The position numbers and the translations under genes are program-made. Positions 38,311 to 48,973 of a stretch of DNA of 64,000 bases are shown here, piece after piece. The first letter of the stretch is position 1. The number at the start of each line of letters is the position of its first letter. The notes under the pieces were generated by a model. That model did no database searches. It was not told where the DNA came from and was given only the letters and a program-made list of their open reading frames with translations. Source of the stretch: Bacteroidia bacterium (GTDB taxonomy: Bacteria; Bacteroidota; Bacteroidia; UBA7662); the NCBI GenBank assembly GCA_046291695.1, contig JBKBSO010000010.1, forward strand, positions 40,319-104,318, in the 5' to 3' direction.

Positions 38311-38461
38311 GCATCTGTAAAGCTTCAAACAAAAGAAAGCCAAAACAAGCAGCCTGGTCATCGTTGGTGTGCGCATATTGATGCGAACACCCCCATTGAA
38401 CCAGCCAATGCTTTGCACAATCGCGCAGTCAGTTCCCCGCGCGAACAGAGCGAGCCGCTCT

Positions 38462-40435
38462 TTAGCCCGCCATATAAGCCCCTATCCGGGCAGCTACCTG
38501 CGCCGGCTTGAGTTCAAAATGCTCGGCCAGGGCATCGCCAGGTGCAGAATACCCGAAGGTATCAACGCCGATGTTCAGCCCGTTTAAACCGGTAAATCGC
38601 TGCCAACCTAAGGTTACACCAGCTTCTATGGATACCCGGTATTTGGCCTCGTTACTCATGAGATCGTTGCGGTAGGCCTCGTCTTGCTCGTCGAACAATT
38701 CCCAACAAGGTGTGCTCACTACGCGGATATTGCCACGACCTTCGGCCAGTTGCTGTGCAGCTTCTATGGCTACCCAAACTTCTGAACCACTGGCGTAAAT
38801 CACGGTTTCTACGGCTTCACCGGGCTGGGTTTCGAATTTCACATAGGCGCCACGTTCAATTTCCACCGGACCGGGCAGAGTAGGTACATTTTGGCGTGTT
38901 AAGGCAAGTAAACTAGGGCGATGCGACTCTTGCAGCCACTCAAGCATGCAAGCAACCGTTTCGCGGGCATCGGCCGGACGGAAAACCAGCAGGTTTGGAA
39001 TGGTACGCAAGCTCATCACATGCTCAATTGACTGATGCGTAGGGCCGTCTTCACCCAGAAAAATGCTGTCGTGGGTAAATACGTGCAATACTTGTAGCTC
39101 CTGAATGGCGCTCATGCGGATGGCATTACGGCTGTAATCGCTGAAGGTAAGGAAGGTGGCGCCATAAGGCAACAAGCCGCCATAAAGCGCCATGCCATTG
39201 CAAATGGCAGCCATGGGGAATTCGCGTACGCCAAAGGCCAGGTTACGGCCTGCGCGATTTTCAATGCTGAATTCGCCCACTGCCGCAGCAAAGGCTGCTG
39301 TATTGTTAGAGGGCTCAAGGTCGGCACTGCCCCCCATAATGCCCGGAATTTGCTTGCCCATATATTCCAACACCTTGCCAAAGGCAACGCGTGTGGCAAG
39401 CGAACTGCCTACTTCAAAGCTGGGCAACTCATCCAATGCTACCTTGCCTTCAAACAAACCACTGCAAAACTGATCGAATGCTGAATCGCTTTTACGACGA
39501 TTTTTCAAATTGATTTCCCAGGCATCGGCCTCGGCATGGTAACCCTCAAGTTTTTCGTTGAAATAGTCAATTACTTCTTCGCTCACTTGGAAGAATTGCT
39601 CGGGATCGAGCCCGAGTTTATGCTTGGTAGCAGCAATTTCCTCAGGCTTTAAAGGCTCGCCATGCGTTTTGTGGCTGCCTTCCATGGTGGCTGTACCTTT
39701 GGCCATGATGGTTTCGCCAATAATGAGCAAGGGTTTGCTGCGCTCGCGCTGTCCATGGTCGAGTGCGCTGCGGATGGCTGCATGGTCGTGACCGTCAATT
39801 TCTATGACCTCCCACTGCATGGCCTCAAAGAGTTGCCGGAAGTTTACAGAACTAACACGATTGGTTTTGCCCGAAATTTGAATATCGTTTTTGTCGTAAT
39901 ACACCACCAGGTTGTGCAAGCCGAGATGCCCGGCCAGCTGCATGGCACCTAATGCTACATCCTCCTGCAAGTCCCCATCGCCCACCAAACTGTAAATGCG
40001 GTTGTTAATCACATCACGGCCCAATACCTCTTGTTGATGCAAACTGGCAATGGCCATGCCCACCGCCATGCTTACTCCCTGTCCTAATGGGCCGGTAGTG
40101 GCTTCAACACCGGGGGTGAGGTGACTTTCCGGATGGCCGGGCGTAAGACTACCCAACTGACGGAAGTTTTCAAGCTCTTCTATGGGGAGTAAGCCCATGA
40201 AGTGCAGCAAGCTATACAACAACATCGATTCGTGACCGGCCGAAAGCACAAAACGGTCGCGATTGTGCCATTTTGGGTAACGCGGAGCAAACCGGAGGTA
40301 TTCGCGAAACAATATCACAGCGAAATCTGAAGAGGAAAAGGCTCCACCGGGATGGCCAGAATTGGCCTTGCGGGTGGCGTCCATTACCAGGCCTTTTAAT
40401 TCGGCGATTACGCGTTGGTCGAGTTGTGCTGACAT
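38462..40435 (-). CDS. tkt: Transketolase
   Basis: Thiamine-diphosphate motif GHPGG...GDG..EG and 657 aa from the MSAQLDQRV start at 40435. The 65 codons further upstream in the called ORF lie in the promoter region. Confidence 0.85.
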   Translation of the reverse strand: MSAQLDQRVIAELKGLVMDATRKANSGHPGGAFSSSDFAVILFREYLRFAPRYPKWHNRDRFVLSAGHESMLLYSLLHFMGLLPIEELENFRQLGSLTPGHPESHLTPGVEATTGPLGQGVSMAVGMAIASLHQQEVLGRDVINNRIYSLVGDGDLQEDVALGAMQLAGHLGLHNLVVYYDKNDIQISGKTNRVSSVNFRQLFEAMQWEVIEIDGHDHAAIRSALDHGQRERSKPLLIIGETIMAKGTATMEGSHKTHGEPLKPEEIAATKHKLGLDPEQFFQVSEEVIDYFNEKLEGYHAEADAWEINLKNRRKSDSAFDQFCSGLFEGKVALDELPSFEVGSSLATRVAFGKVLEYMGKQIPGIMGGSADLEPSNNTAAFAAAVGEFSIENRAGRNLAFGVREFPMAAICNGMALYGGLLPYGATFLTFSDYSRNAIRMSAIQELQVLHVFTHDSIFLGEDGPTHQSIEHVMSLRTIPNLLVFRPADARETVACMLEWLQESHRPSLLALTRQNVPTLPGPVEIERGAYVKFETQPGEAVETVIYASGSEVWVAIEAAQQLAEGRGNIRVVSTPCWELFDEQDEAYRNDLMSNEAKYRVSIEAGVTLGWQRFTGLNGLNIGVDTFGYSAPGDALAEHFELKPAQVAARIGAYMAG

Positions 40436-40554
40436 GCTTTTTAATTTGGCGCAAAGGTAGGGTTTTTTAATGAGACCGCTGAACCTCGCGGCAGCTGTCT
40501 CTTTTGCGCTTTGCTCCATGGCCTTTGGCCAAAGGCCTTTGCTCAGCGTACGCT

Positions 40555-40650
40555 GCTGGAAATGCGTAGCATACAATGCAAAAGGCTCCGTTGCCTTGCG
40601 CAAAACCATGGCTGCCAGTTGCACTGACAAGAACAGCCGTTCTAATGCAC
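40555..40650 (+). promoter_or_regulatory. Conserved ~95-nt bipartite upstream element, copy 2
   Basis: GCTGGAAATGCGTAGCATACAATGCAAAAGGCTCCGTT...CTGCCAGTTGCACTGACAAGAACAGCCGTTC lies about 200 bp upstream of the 40811/40835 gene and in its orientation. Confidence 0.4.
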
Positions 40651-40810
40651 TTAATTTTCAACCCACGGAATCAGCGGTTCAGGACTAAAAAAAGCCGCTG
40701 CGGCTTTGCGGTTAAATTTGAGCCGACTCTTGCAAACTGAAGGATTCAAAGAAGCATGAATAGCCTCCCCGCCCACACTGATAATCAGCTTAACGAACGC
40801 ATGCCTATAT

Positions 40811-41686
40811 TTGATTTTTAAAAGCATTAACACCATGCGGTATTTGCCATTATTCCTATTGCTCGCAGGCACTTTGGTTTTAGCTTGTAAGAAGGATAAA
40901 ACCTTGCCCGAAAACCCGCTTCAACCGGCTTTGCAGCTCACCAAAAATGTGCAGCACAATGGGGTAGCGGTAGATGTGGTGATCGATAAGCCCGAGGGAA
41001 ACCGCATGGATGCCGTATTGTTGTTTCATGGTACTGTTAGACGCGATAGTTTGGTTTTGCAAGCAGCAAATCAATTGCTGGGGCGCTTTAAAGATATTTT
41101 GCAACGCGATGATCTGCTGCTGATAAGTGTTGCCTATCCGGAAGAAAACTTGCTTTTTGGCGATAATCTGGCCCATTGCGAAGCAGCTTTGCTTTGGGTA
41201 AAGCAACAGGCCGAAGCAGAACTGGGCATTCAAATCCCTAAAATATACCTGGCCGGGCATTCGCAAGGCGGTTATTTGGCAGTACGACTCAATACCTTGC
41301 ACAGCACGGCCGGTGTCATTGCCAACGCTCCTGGACCTCTGAATTTGGTTTTCCGTTGCCAGCTCGAAGAAAACGGGCAGATTCCGCCAGCCATGGAGTG
41401 TAGCTTGTTAAATCAGGAATACGGCAGCACCTCCCAAAATGCATCAGCTTATTTTAACCGCTCGCTCCTGAATTTTACCGATGGCTTCAAAGCCCCCATG
41501 CTGCTGGTGCAAGGTTTAAACGATGGCCCCATCCACATGCATTCCTGGCCGCAATTCAAACAACAAGTGCAGGATTGTGTCGATTGTGCCAGCGTACAGA
41601 TCGTGGAAATTGAAGGAGCCGGACATGCCGACATGTTCGATACCGAAAGTGGCAGGCAAGCCCTTAACCAATTTATTGGGCCATAA
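40811..41686 (+). CDS. Alpha/beta-hydrolase fold lipoprotein (esterase / dienelactone-hydrolase-like). The true start is probably MRYLPLFLLLAGTLVLAC at 40835.
   Basis: Lipobox LVLAC. Nucleophile elbow GHSQGG and a late GAGHADM histidine, consistent with a Ser-Asp-His triad. Confidence 0.6.
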   Translation: MIFKSINTMRYLPLFLLLAGTLVLACKKDKTLPENPLQPALQLTKNVQHNGVAVDVVIDKPEGNRMDAVLLFHGTVRRDSLVLQAANQLLGRFKDILQRDDLLLISVAYPEENLLFGDNLAHCEAALLWVKQQAEAELGIQIPKIYLAGHSQGGYLAVRLNTLHSTAGVIANAPGPLNLVFRCQLEENGQIPPAMECSLLNQEYGSTSQNASAYFNRSLLNFTDGFKAPMLLVQGLNDGPIHMHSWPQFKQQVQDCVDCASVQIVEIEGAGHADMFDTESGRQALNQFIGP

Positions 41687-41710
41687 AAAAGGGACCGAAG
41701 TCCCCTTAGA
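41687..41710. terminator. Bidirectional hairpin terminator between convergent genes
   Basis: AAAAAA-GGGAC-CGAA-GTCCC-CTT. On the minus strand the hairpin is followed by TTTTTTAT. Confidence 0.5.
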
Positions 41711-41730
41711 TTGAATTCTTTTGAAATGCA

Positions 41731-43272
41731 TTAATGTTTAATAACACGGCTGCTAAACTGCCGATCGCCACTTTGCAATTGCAACAAATAGATGCCCGGC
41801 GCCATGGCTGGTGCTATTTGCCATTCGCGTTCGCCTGCACTTAACTGGCTTTGGTAAATCATGCGGCCGGTAAGGTCGTACAGGCGCAGCTTTCCGTTTT
41901 GCGAAAGGCTTTCTTCGAGCACAATGCGCAGTTCGTCATGAAATGGATTGGGATAAACCTTGGCTTGCAACTTCGAAGGCAGGGTTTTAGCACTGGCATA
42001 CAGCCCTTCGCAACTAAAGCTTTGGGCGTTGTACCAAGTGCGTACCGCATCGGCATGTTCGCGCATAACCGTAATGCTGTTGAGGTAGCTGTTACCACGA
42101 CCATACACATAAGCGAAATCAACACATAGTGAGGCACCAGCGGGCAAACTGAGGGCAGGCATCACGCCCAATCCCCTGCGATCGCCCGGGAGATTGCCCA
42201 AGCTGAGTTCATTGGAACCCGTACCTGCCACCGGATCGCCCGAAAACATAAACTGCTCGGGCAATGGCTGCCCGGCCAAATTCAGCCCCTGCATATAGGC
42301 ATACTTCTGCACAAAACTGCTTGGGTTTCCCAAAGCCGAAGTGTCGTTGTTGTAGTAAATAAAGCGGTTCATCGGATGCGACAAAAACAACACAGCTTGG
42401 GCCGGCGGGTTGGTGCCATAGCCGCCTTGGGTCGAATCGTCGTTGTTGGTGGCATTGTAGCCGTAATACATATCACGAGCAGGGTCGGAGCCCACAAAAT
42501 CGTCGGTATAGGCGCCAATGTCGAGGTCGGTCCAATTGCCGATGTACAAGGTATCGTAATTGCGACCCGATACATTATGCAACCTTGCGCGCACAAAAAT
42601 GGTGTTGTTCAGCGCTTCATTCCCGGGGATGTTTACCGCCCAGGTTTGGATACTCACATTCACATTCATGCGTGGATTGCCCGCTTGTTTGGCTGCCCGA
42701 CTATCAGAAGCCAAGGCATGCACACTTTGATCGCCCAGAATAACAGGAAAATCGCCATCGGCCGGGTCGTATAGCCCGTCGCCATTGGTATCGTGAAAAG
42801 GTGCGAGCACGGGTGATACACCACGACTGGTATCGCCGCTTCCGGGCCAGCGTTGCAAATCGAGACTAGGGGTATAACCGCTGTCGGCATAGCTCAAGCG
42901 GTGGCTGGCGATGTCGGAAGCATTCAGCTTGATGACCCGGTTGAAGGCTTGGCTCATCTGCCCCGGGGTATAGCTTCCAGAATCGGCTACCGGGCCAAAG
43001 TTGAATGCAGGGCCACCTTCGTTACCTTGCGCATAGGTTTGCGCATTAACGTAGAGCATGCCCTGATCGTCGATGGCGCCAATCCAGAGGTTAGCAGCAA
43101 ATATGGTGGTAAGTCCGCTTCCGCGCGGCACTTCAAAATTGCTAGCACTACCCGCCCAAAAGAGCGCGCCGTTCGGGAATACCCCTCCGGCTACGTTATT
43201 CAGGTCGAGTACCTGCGCCTGACTGCCATAACCCATTAGGCCAATTATAATAAGTAAAAAGTTCTTTTTCAT
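41731..43272 (-). CDS. Secreted protein with a T9SS type A C-terminal sorting domain
   Basis: Signal peptide MKKNFLLIIIGLMGYGSQAQ. C-terminus ...KVYPNPFHDELRIV...LYDLTGRMIYQ...GIYLLQL. Confidence 0.65.
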   Translation of the reverse strand: MKKNFLLIIIGLMGYGSQAQVLDLNNVAGGVFPNGALFWAGSASNFEVPRGSGLTTIFAANLWIGAIDDQGMLYVNAQTYAQGNEGGPAFNFGPVADSGSYTPGQMSQAFNRVIKLNASDIASHRLSYADSGYTPSLDLQRWPGSGDTSRGVSPVLAPFHDTNGDGLYDPADGDFPVILGDQSVHALASDSRAAKQAGNPRMNVNVSIQTWAVNIPGNEALNNTIFVRARLHNVSGRNYDTLYIGNWTDLDIGAYTDDFVGSDPARDMYYGYNATNNDDSTQGGYGTNPPAQAVLFLSHPMNRFIYYNNDTSALGNPSSFVQKYAYMQGLNLAGQPLPEQFMFSGDPVAGTGSNELSLGNLPGDRRGLGVMPALSLPAGASLCVDFAYVYGRGNSYLNSITVMREHADAVRTWYNAQSFSCEGLYASAKTLPSKLQAKVYPNPFHDELRIVLEESLSQNGKLRLYDLTGRMIYQSQLSAGEREWQIAPAMAPGIYLLQLQSGDRQFSSRVIKH

Positions 43273-43467
43273 AGTGTTTGATTTAAATGAAAGTCAATCC
43301 TACAAAGTAAAGGGCTTTGAAAGGGGTGTGCCATACCTAAATCAGGGTATTTTCAGCGGGTCCTTAGCCGAATGACTCCTAAAAGCATTGTCTTGCGTTA
43401 CGGTGCTGAGTCGCAGAGACATTTATGGCGGTTGATTGACCCTAGATGAGACCATCAACAGTATGCC

Positions 43468-43560
43468 CTTGAACTGACTTTTCTTATCAGTACTATGAAT
43501 GACTGCACCTAAGGCTGAGGTATCGGAGCCTTTTGCGGTGCATGCTTCGCATTTCCAGCT
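43468..43560 (-). promoter_or_regulatory. Conserved ~95-nt bipartite upstream element, copy 3, on the minus strand
   Basis: The reverse complement reads CAGCTGGAAATGCGAAGCATGCACCGCAAAAGGCTCCGATA...GTGCAGTCATTCATAGTACTGATAAGAAAAGTCAGTTCAAG. It lies about 200-290 bp upstream of the 43272 start and in that gene's orientation. Confidence 0.4.
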
Positions 43561-43737
43561 GTACCGACGATGCTGTCGGCATCTAATGAAGGGCACAGAG
43601 AACAGCGTTCGAAGCGCTTCATTTGATGCTTACATCCAAGGGCGGTCCCGCCTGGCTGTCGCAAGCCATGCGACTTAAAACAAGCAAGGTTATGCAGTTT
43701 TAGCCGAAGAATTTGCATTTGTTGATTAAATTGCTGC

Positions 43738-45114
43738 ATGAAAAATGCAATGCTTGGCTTGTTTCTCGTCCTGCTGTCGTGGGGCGCACAGGCCCAAACC
43801 CCCATTCAGTTGGGGAATACAGCAGTAGATACGCATACGGTTATTGGTGGCATCGACATTCCCTGGGAAATTGTATGGGGCCCCGACAACCACCTCTGGA
43901 TGACCGAGCGTTACGGCCGGGTAAGTCGCGTAAATCCTGAAAACGGACAGCAAGAGGTGTTACTGGTGCTTAACGACTGCCATGCGGTGGGGGAGTCGGG
44001 TTTATTGGGCATGACCTTGCACCCAAACTTCCCCGACTCGGCCTACCTCTACCTGGTGTACACCTATTTACAAGGCAATCAGATTCGCGAGCGGTTGGTG
44101 CGTTACACCTACAACAGTGGTGCGGGCCAGTTGCAGCAGGCTTTAATTTTGCTTGACGGCATACCGGCCGCTTCTACCCACAATGGGTCGCGTTTACAGT
44201 TTTTACCCGATGGCAGTTTGTTGATGACCACCGGTGATGCCCAAAACCTCAACGCTCCCCCAGATACCAGCTCGCTGCTGGGCAAGGTGCTCCGCCTATG
44301 GCCTGATGGCAGCATTCCTGCCGATAATCCGTTTCCGGGAAATTATGTGTACAGCTATGGTCATCGAAACGCCCAAGGCATGTTCCTGCATCCGAATGGC
44401 AAGATTTACCTGTCGGAACATGGCCCCGCCACCGACGATGAGTTGAACATCATCCTCCCCGGACGCCATTACGGTTGGCCTACGGTAAATGGCTACTGCA
44501 ACACGCCGGCTGAAGTGGCCTATTGCCAGGCCAACCAGGTGGTAGAACCCATCCGGGCATGGACGCCCACCATTGCCCCTGCCGGCATGATCTGGTATGG
44601 ATCTGGTCATTTACCTGTATTCGAAAACAGCATTATCCTTACAACCTTGAAAAACGAACGGCTGTACGTGATGCAATTGAATGCGAGTGGAGATAGTGTG
44701 CTGAGCGAAAATACCTACCTCTACGGTCTGTTTGGCCGCTTGAGGGCTTTATGCACCGACCCCTGGGGACGATTGTATTTGGCTACCAACGGGCCTAGTT
44801 GGTCGAATACCCAACCTTTTACCCACCGCATTGTGCGGTTGAGTGCAGCAGGGAGCCAGTTGGGCTTGGCGAAAAATGTACTTCACAGTCAAAGCGTTTA
44901 CCCCAATCCGCTCAATCAAGAGAGCAGGCTTGAACTTCCGGCCCATTTCGAAGGCCAAAGCTTTGGATTGTACGATGTCACTGGTCGATTGCTGCGCACT
45001 TACCAGTACCAGATGCCCTATTTACTCCTCCATGCCAGCGATTTGCCTGCCGGTGTGTATGTACTCAAACATCAATCTTCAGTTGCTCAGCTTAAACTTA
45101 TTAAGGCCCAGTAA
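43738..45114 (+). CDS. PQQ-dependent sugar (glucose/sorbosone) dehydrogenase beta-propeller fused to a T9SS type A C-terminal domain
   Basis: Signal peptide present. SGDH-like propeller motifs (PWEIVWGPDNHLWMTER.G.V) and a CTD reading VYPNP...LYDVTGRLL...GVYVLK. Confidence 0.65.
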   Translation: MKNAMLGLFLVLLSWGAQAQTPIQLGNTAVDTHTVIGGIDIPWEIVWGPDNHLWMTERYGRVSRVNPENGQQEVLLVLNDCHAVGESGLLGMTLHPNFPDSAYLYLVYTYLQGNQIRERLVRYTYNSGAGQLQQALILLDGIPAASTHNGSRLQFLPDGSLLMTTGDAQNLNAPPDTSSLLGKVLRLWPDGSIPADNPFPGNYVYSYGHRNAQGMFLHPNGKIYLSEHGPATDDELNIILPGRHYGWPTVNGYCNTPAEVAYCQANQVVEPIRAWTPTIAPAGMIWYGSGHLPVFENSIILTTLKNERLYVMQLNASGDSVLSENTYLYGLFGRLRALCTDPWGRLYLATNGPSWSNTQPFTHRIVRLSAAGSQLGLAKNVLHSQSVYPNPLNQESRLELPAHFEGQSFGLYDVTGRLLRTYQYQMPYLLLHASDLPAGVYVLKHQSSVAQLKLIKAQ

Positions 45115-45164
45115 GAGAAGGAGAATTCATCCTTTTTGCCTACATTCACTTCAAAATCTGACTT

Positions 45165-45569
45165 ATGAAACACCTTCAATATTTGGGCCTGCTTTGGGCG
45201 GTTATTGTACTGTATGCTTGCAACCCCGACCGCAAAGAGGTGACCTCCAATGACTGGATTCCGGTAAATGTGCGCCTGAACAGCAGCGACAGCTTGCGTA
45301 CTACCAGCAATATTTACACAATGAGTTTCGAAGGGCGTCGGAATTTCAACCTACAGCTTACGGTAAATACATGCGGCGGCAAGGTTGAATTTAAGCCCAA
45401 TAATGTGGTTCTGTTTAACGATATCGGCTGCACCGAAGCTTGTTGCGACAGCGAGTTTGCCGGCATGGTCCTGGAAGTTCTTAAAAATGTTAACCGCTAC
45501 CAGTTCAATGAAGAGTTCCTGAATATGAGTGGGAACAACGGCGAAGAAATTAGTTTCATTCGCAAATAG
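45165..45569 (+). CDS. META-domain (HslJ-like) lipoprotein
   Basis: Lipobox VLYAC. META pattern NTCGGKVEF...IGCTEACCDSEF...VLEVLKNVNRYQF. Confidence 0.5.
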   Translation: MKHLQYLGLLWAVIVLYACNPDRKEVTSNDWIPVNVRLNSSDSLRTTSNIYTMSFEGRRNFNLQLTVNTCGGKVEFKPNNVVLFNDIGCTEACCDSEFAGMVLEVLKNVNRYQFNEEFLNMSGNNGEEISFIRK

Positions 45570-45662
45570 CTTTTGGATGATTGAACTTTTGCCTGCCAAA
45601 ATGCCTTAACTTTGTGCGGTTTTTCGGCCATCGCCGAAAATTTAAACTAAAAAACAAATACA

Positions 45663-46076
45663 ATGGCATATCCTGAATTTATGGTAGCGCCCATGCGCAA
45701 AGATTTAACAGAGGTGGGTTTTACTGAGCTTAAAACTCCTGAAGAAGTAGAAGTGGCAATAAAAAAAGAAGGAACCACTTTGTTGGTGGTGAATTCGGTT
45801 TGTGGTTGTGCGGCGGCTAACGCGCGTCCGGCGGTAAAACGTGCCATTCAACATGCGAAGCATCCCCAACAATTAACCACGGTGTTTGCCGGCATGGAAG
45901 TGGAAGCAGTAACCGTTGCCCGCAATTATATGTTGCCTTATCCACCCTCGTCGCCCAGCATTGCGCTGTTCAAAGATGGTCAGTTGGTGCACATGCTCGA
46001 GCGTCATCACATCGAAGGCCGCTCGGCCGATATGATTGCCGCCAACCTGGTGGATGCCTTTGATGCGCATTGCTAA
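45663..46076 (+). CDS. Bacilliredoxin, BrxA/BrxB (YphP/YqiW, DUF1094) family
   Basis: VVNSVCGCAA redox CGC motif and ...SSPSIALFKDGQLVH...IEGRSADMIAANLVDAFDAHC, which aligns closely along its length with the Bacillus YphP sequence as I recall it. Confidence 0.8.
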   Translation: MAYPEFMVAPMRKDLTEVGFTELKTPEEVEVAIKKEGTTLLVVNSVCGCAAANARPAVKRAIQHAKHPQQLTTVFAGMEVEAVTVARNYMLPYPPSSPSIALFKDGQLVHMLERHHIEGRSADMIAANLVDAFDAHC

Positions 46077-46092
46077 GCTTCGGCTGTAATCG

Positions 46093-46133
46093 AAAAAAAA
46101 CCGCCTTTGACGTAAGTCAGAGGCGGTTTTTTA
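46093..46133. terminator. Bidirectional rho-independent terminator
   Basis: AAAAAAAA-CCGCCTTTGAC-GTAA-GTCAGAGGCGG-TTTTTT lies between convergent genes. Confidence 0.65.
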
Positions 46134-46212
46134 ATTAGCAGGCTTTTCACCGCAATCAAGAAAAGAAACATCTTTCACATGGGATGCGAGCCGGATAACG
46201 TCAACTGCCGAA

Positions 46213-46992
46213 TTAATTAAAGACGTTGGATTTGTTGGCCAAGGCTTGTTTGGTCGCAGCATAGCCTATTTCGTACATTTCCTCCCCTTTGTCGAGCGAA
46301 AAAAGATGGTAAGATTCCATCAGGGCAGGCTCGATGTACAAATCGCACATGGGAATGCTTTTGGCCACGTTGTTGTGAATGGCAATGTTCAGGATGCGTT
46401 CCATGCTTTGCATCCAGCCTTCAATTTTTTCAATTTGTCCCACCGGATTTACGTTAATGCCCACCAGTTGGTTGCATTGTCCGTGTATAGGACTTGCTGG
46501 CAGGTTGTCGGTAAGGCCGCCGTCTACAAACAGGCGCTTATCGTAGCGGATGGGTTCAAATAGCATGGGAATGGCGCAGGAGGCGAGTATAGGTAATATC
46601 AACTCTCCTTTATTGATGTAGCGCACTTTGCCCATGCTAAAATCGGTAGCGGCTACCCAGAGTGGGAGGTTAAGTTCTTCAAAGCTTTGGGCCCGAAGGT
46701 GTTTTTTTAAGGCTTTTTTTAAGCCAGCCGAACTGAGCAAGCCTGGGCTACTCCACTTAAATTTAACGAGATTGAAGTTTTTTTCTTCGTCGAAAATGTT
46801 TTTGATTTCGGCGGGTGTATGGCCATCGGCCAACAAGGCGCCAATGATGGCGCCTACACTGGTTCCCGAGATGATGTTGAAACGATAACCGGCCTCGTAT
46901 AAGGCAGCCAATGCTCCCAAATGGGCGTAACCCTTGGCAGCACCGCCCGACAGTACAAGGCCGGTTTCAAAACTATGTGCTTGTGCACTCAT
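46213..46992 (-). CDS. Patatin-like phospholipase family protein
   Basis: Oxyanion GGAAKG, serine nucleophile GTSVG (GxSxG) and catalytic DGG (FVDGGL). 259 aa. Its ATG overlaps the recA stop by 4 bp. Confidence 0.75.
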   Translation of the reverse strand: MSAQAHSFETGLVLSGGAAKGYAHLGALAALYEAGYRFNIISGTSVGAIIGALLADGHTPAEIKNIFDEEKNFNLVKFKWSSPGLLSSAGLKKALKKHLRAQSFEELNLPLWVAATDFSMGKVRYINKGELILPILASCAIPMLFEPIRYDKRLFVDGGLTDNLPASPIHGQCNQLVGINVNPVGQIEKIEGWMQSMERILNIAIHNNVAKSIPMCDLYIEPALMESYHLFSLDKGEEMYEIGYAATKQALANKSNVFN

Positions 46993-48020
46993 GCTTCTTG
47001 TTCAGCAGGGGCAGCGTTGGCTGCCAGTTTTGCTTTAAAATGATCTTTGATTTTGATTTCAATTTCATCGGCCAAATCTGGATTGTCGCTAAGAAGTTGT
47101 TTTACGGCATCGCGTCCTTGTCCCAGTTTGGTTTCGCCATAGCTGTACCAAGAGCCGCTTTTTTTAACGATGTTCAACTCGCTGCCGAGGTCTACAATTT
47201 CACCTACTTTCGATACACCTTCGCCATATACAATGTCGAATTCACACTGGCGGAAAGGTGGTGCCACCTTGTTTTTTACTACTTTCATGCGTACCCGGTT
47301 TCCGGTAACGTCCAAACCATCTTTGATTTGGCCAATACGACGAATGTCGAGGCGGATAGATGCATAAAATTTAAGGGCATTACCACCGGTGGTGGTTTCG
47401 GGATTGCCGAACATCACCCCAATTTTCTCACGCAATTGGTTAATGAAAATACAAACACAACCGGTTTTGTTGATGCTGCCGGTAAGTTTACGCAAGGCTT
47501 GCGACATCAGACGGGCTTGTAAGCCCATGGAGGAGTCGCCCATCTCGCCTTCAATTTCGGCCTTCGGCACCAAGGCCGCTACAGAGTCAATCACCAGGAT
47601 GTCGATGGCACCGGAACGAATCAGGTTGTCGGCAATCTCAAGGGCTTGTTCACCATTATCGGGTTGAGAGATCAGCAGATTTTCAGTATCAATGCCCAGG
47701 TTTTCGGCATAAGCCTTATCAAAAGCATGTTCAGCATCTACAAAAGCCGCTATGCCCCCCTTTTTCTGGGCTTCGGCTATGGCATGCAATGCAATGGTGG
47801 TTTTTCCCGATGATTCAGGACCGTAAATTTCTACCACCCGGCCCCGCGGAAAGCCACCTATACCCAAGGCAATGTCTAAACCCAGCGAACCGGTAGGAAT
47901 AACATCCACATTTACCACACGGGCATCACCCATCTTCATCACCACGCCTTTGCCATAGGATTTCTCCAGCTTGTCGAGCGTGAGCTGCAGGGCCTTCATC
48001 TTCTCATTCTGTGTACTCAT
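46989..48020 (-). CDS. recA: Recombinase RecA
   Basis: Walker [10 protein letters not shown] and L1/L2 loop regions. 343 aa. Confidence 0.9.
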   Translation of the reverse strand: MSTQNEKMKALQLTLDKLEKSYGKGVVMKMGDARVVNVDVIPTGSLGLDIALGIGGFPRGRVVEIYGPESSGKTTIALHAIAEAQKKGGIAAFVDAEHAFDKAYAENLGIDTENLLISQPDNGEQALEIADNLIRSGAIDILVIDSVAALVPKAEIEGEMGDSSMGLQARLMSQALRKLTGSINKTGCVCIFINQLREKIGVMFGNPETTTGGNALKFYASIRLDIRRIGQIKDGLDVTGNRVRMKVVKNKVAPPFRQCEFDIVYGEGVSKVGEIVDLGSELNIVKKSGSWYSYGETKLGQGRDAVKQLLSDNPDLADEIEIKIKDHFKAKLAANAAPAEQEA

Positions 48021-48224
48021 ATCTGATTTATTAACTGTCGTTTCAGGCTTCTAATTTACGGACATATTTGCCCTCTTGGTTAACGCGTTTCCCGCATTCT
48101 TTTGCACAAATTGAACAATTGGATGTGACATCTTATGTCAATATTTCAAAATTTGTATTAAACGGTGGTTTAGTTTTATTCGTTCTGTAGACAAGATTGT
48201 TGTTGTGTACTTATCTTTGAAGGA

Positions 48225-48902
48225 GTGAAATACTTTATCACCATAGGTTTGCTGGCCCTGAGTTGTTGGGCTTCAGCGCAAAATAACGTGAACATATCCG
48301 ACCGTAAGCCCGTGCAACTCTCGGGTTTAACGGTGAGCGACGACAGCCTCGATATCGTGCCCTTTGTAACTATTTTGGTTAAAAACCGTTTTAAAGGCAC
48401 CATCAGCGATAATCGCGGCTTCTTTTCTTTTGTTGCCCTTTATGGCGATACCGTAGTGTTTAGTGCGGTGGGTTATAAGCCTTCGGCCATGGTGGTAGAC
48501 GATGAGGTGGTAGAAGACGATATTTTTTCGGTACTCATGCCGCTTACCCGCGATACCATTCAATTGCCCATGGCGGTCATCTGGCCCTGGCCAAGTAAAG
48601 AGGCGTTCAGGGCCGAGTTTTTGGCGCTTGAGCTGAAAGATGATGCCTATAGCCGGGCCGCTAAAAATTTGGAAGCCGAACTCCTGGCACAATTGGCGTC
48701 GGCCATGACCATGGATGCCTCCGAAAACCAGCGACTCTATATGCAAAAAACCATTGCCCAAACTTATTATGCCGGTGGGCAACAAAATTTTCACCAAATG
48801 GGTGGGCCAAATGCCATCCCCATACCCAGCACCTTGCTCAATCCGCTTGCCTGGTCGGAATTTGTGAAAGCCATCAAACGCGGCGATTTCAAACGTAAAT
48901 AA
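48225..48902 (+). CDS. Secreted protein with an N-terminal carboxypeptidase-regulatory-like (CarbopepD_reg) beta-sandwich
   Basis: Signal peptide present. The pattern GTVSD..G.PL..A.V......GT.TD.DG.F.L resembles the CarbopepD_reg domain. Confidence 0.4.
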   Translation: MKYFITIGLLALSCWASAQNNVNISDRKPVQLSGLTVSDDSLDIVPFVTILVKNRFKGTISDNRGFFSFVALYGDTVVFSAVGYKPSAMVVDDEVVEDDIFSVLMPLTRDTIQLPMAVIWPWPSKEAFRAEFLALELKDDAYSRAAKNLEAELLAQLASAMTMDASENQRLYMQKTIAQTYYAGGQQNFHQMGGPNAIPIPSTLLNPLAWSEFVKAIKRGDFKRK

Positions 48903-48973
48903 ACCATAGCCGAAACGCCCTCAACAGCAGGGCTGTTTAGTATTGGTGTTGGCTCCGAATCGGATTTTGATAC

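Noticed and set aside
38462-40630. 722-aa transketolase as called
   Set aside because: Transketolases are about 660 aa. The conserved N-terminus begins at MSAQLDQRV at 40435. The 65 upstream codons run through the promoter region that contains the conserved upstream element.
46213-46992. Patatin-like phospholipase as a CBASS CapV effector
   Set aside because: No CD-NTase or cyclase and no cap accessory genes are adjacent. The 259-aa size fits housekeeping RssA-type patatins. I keep only the recA coupling as a low-interest note.
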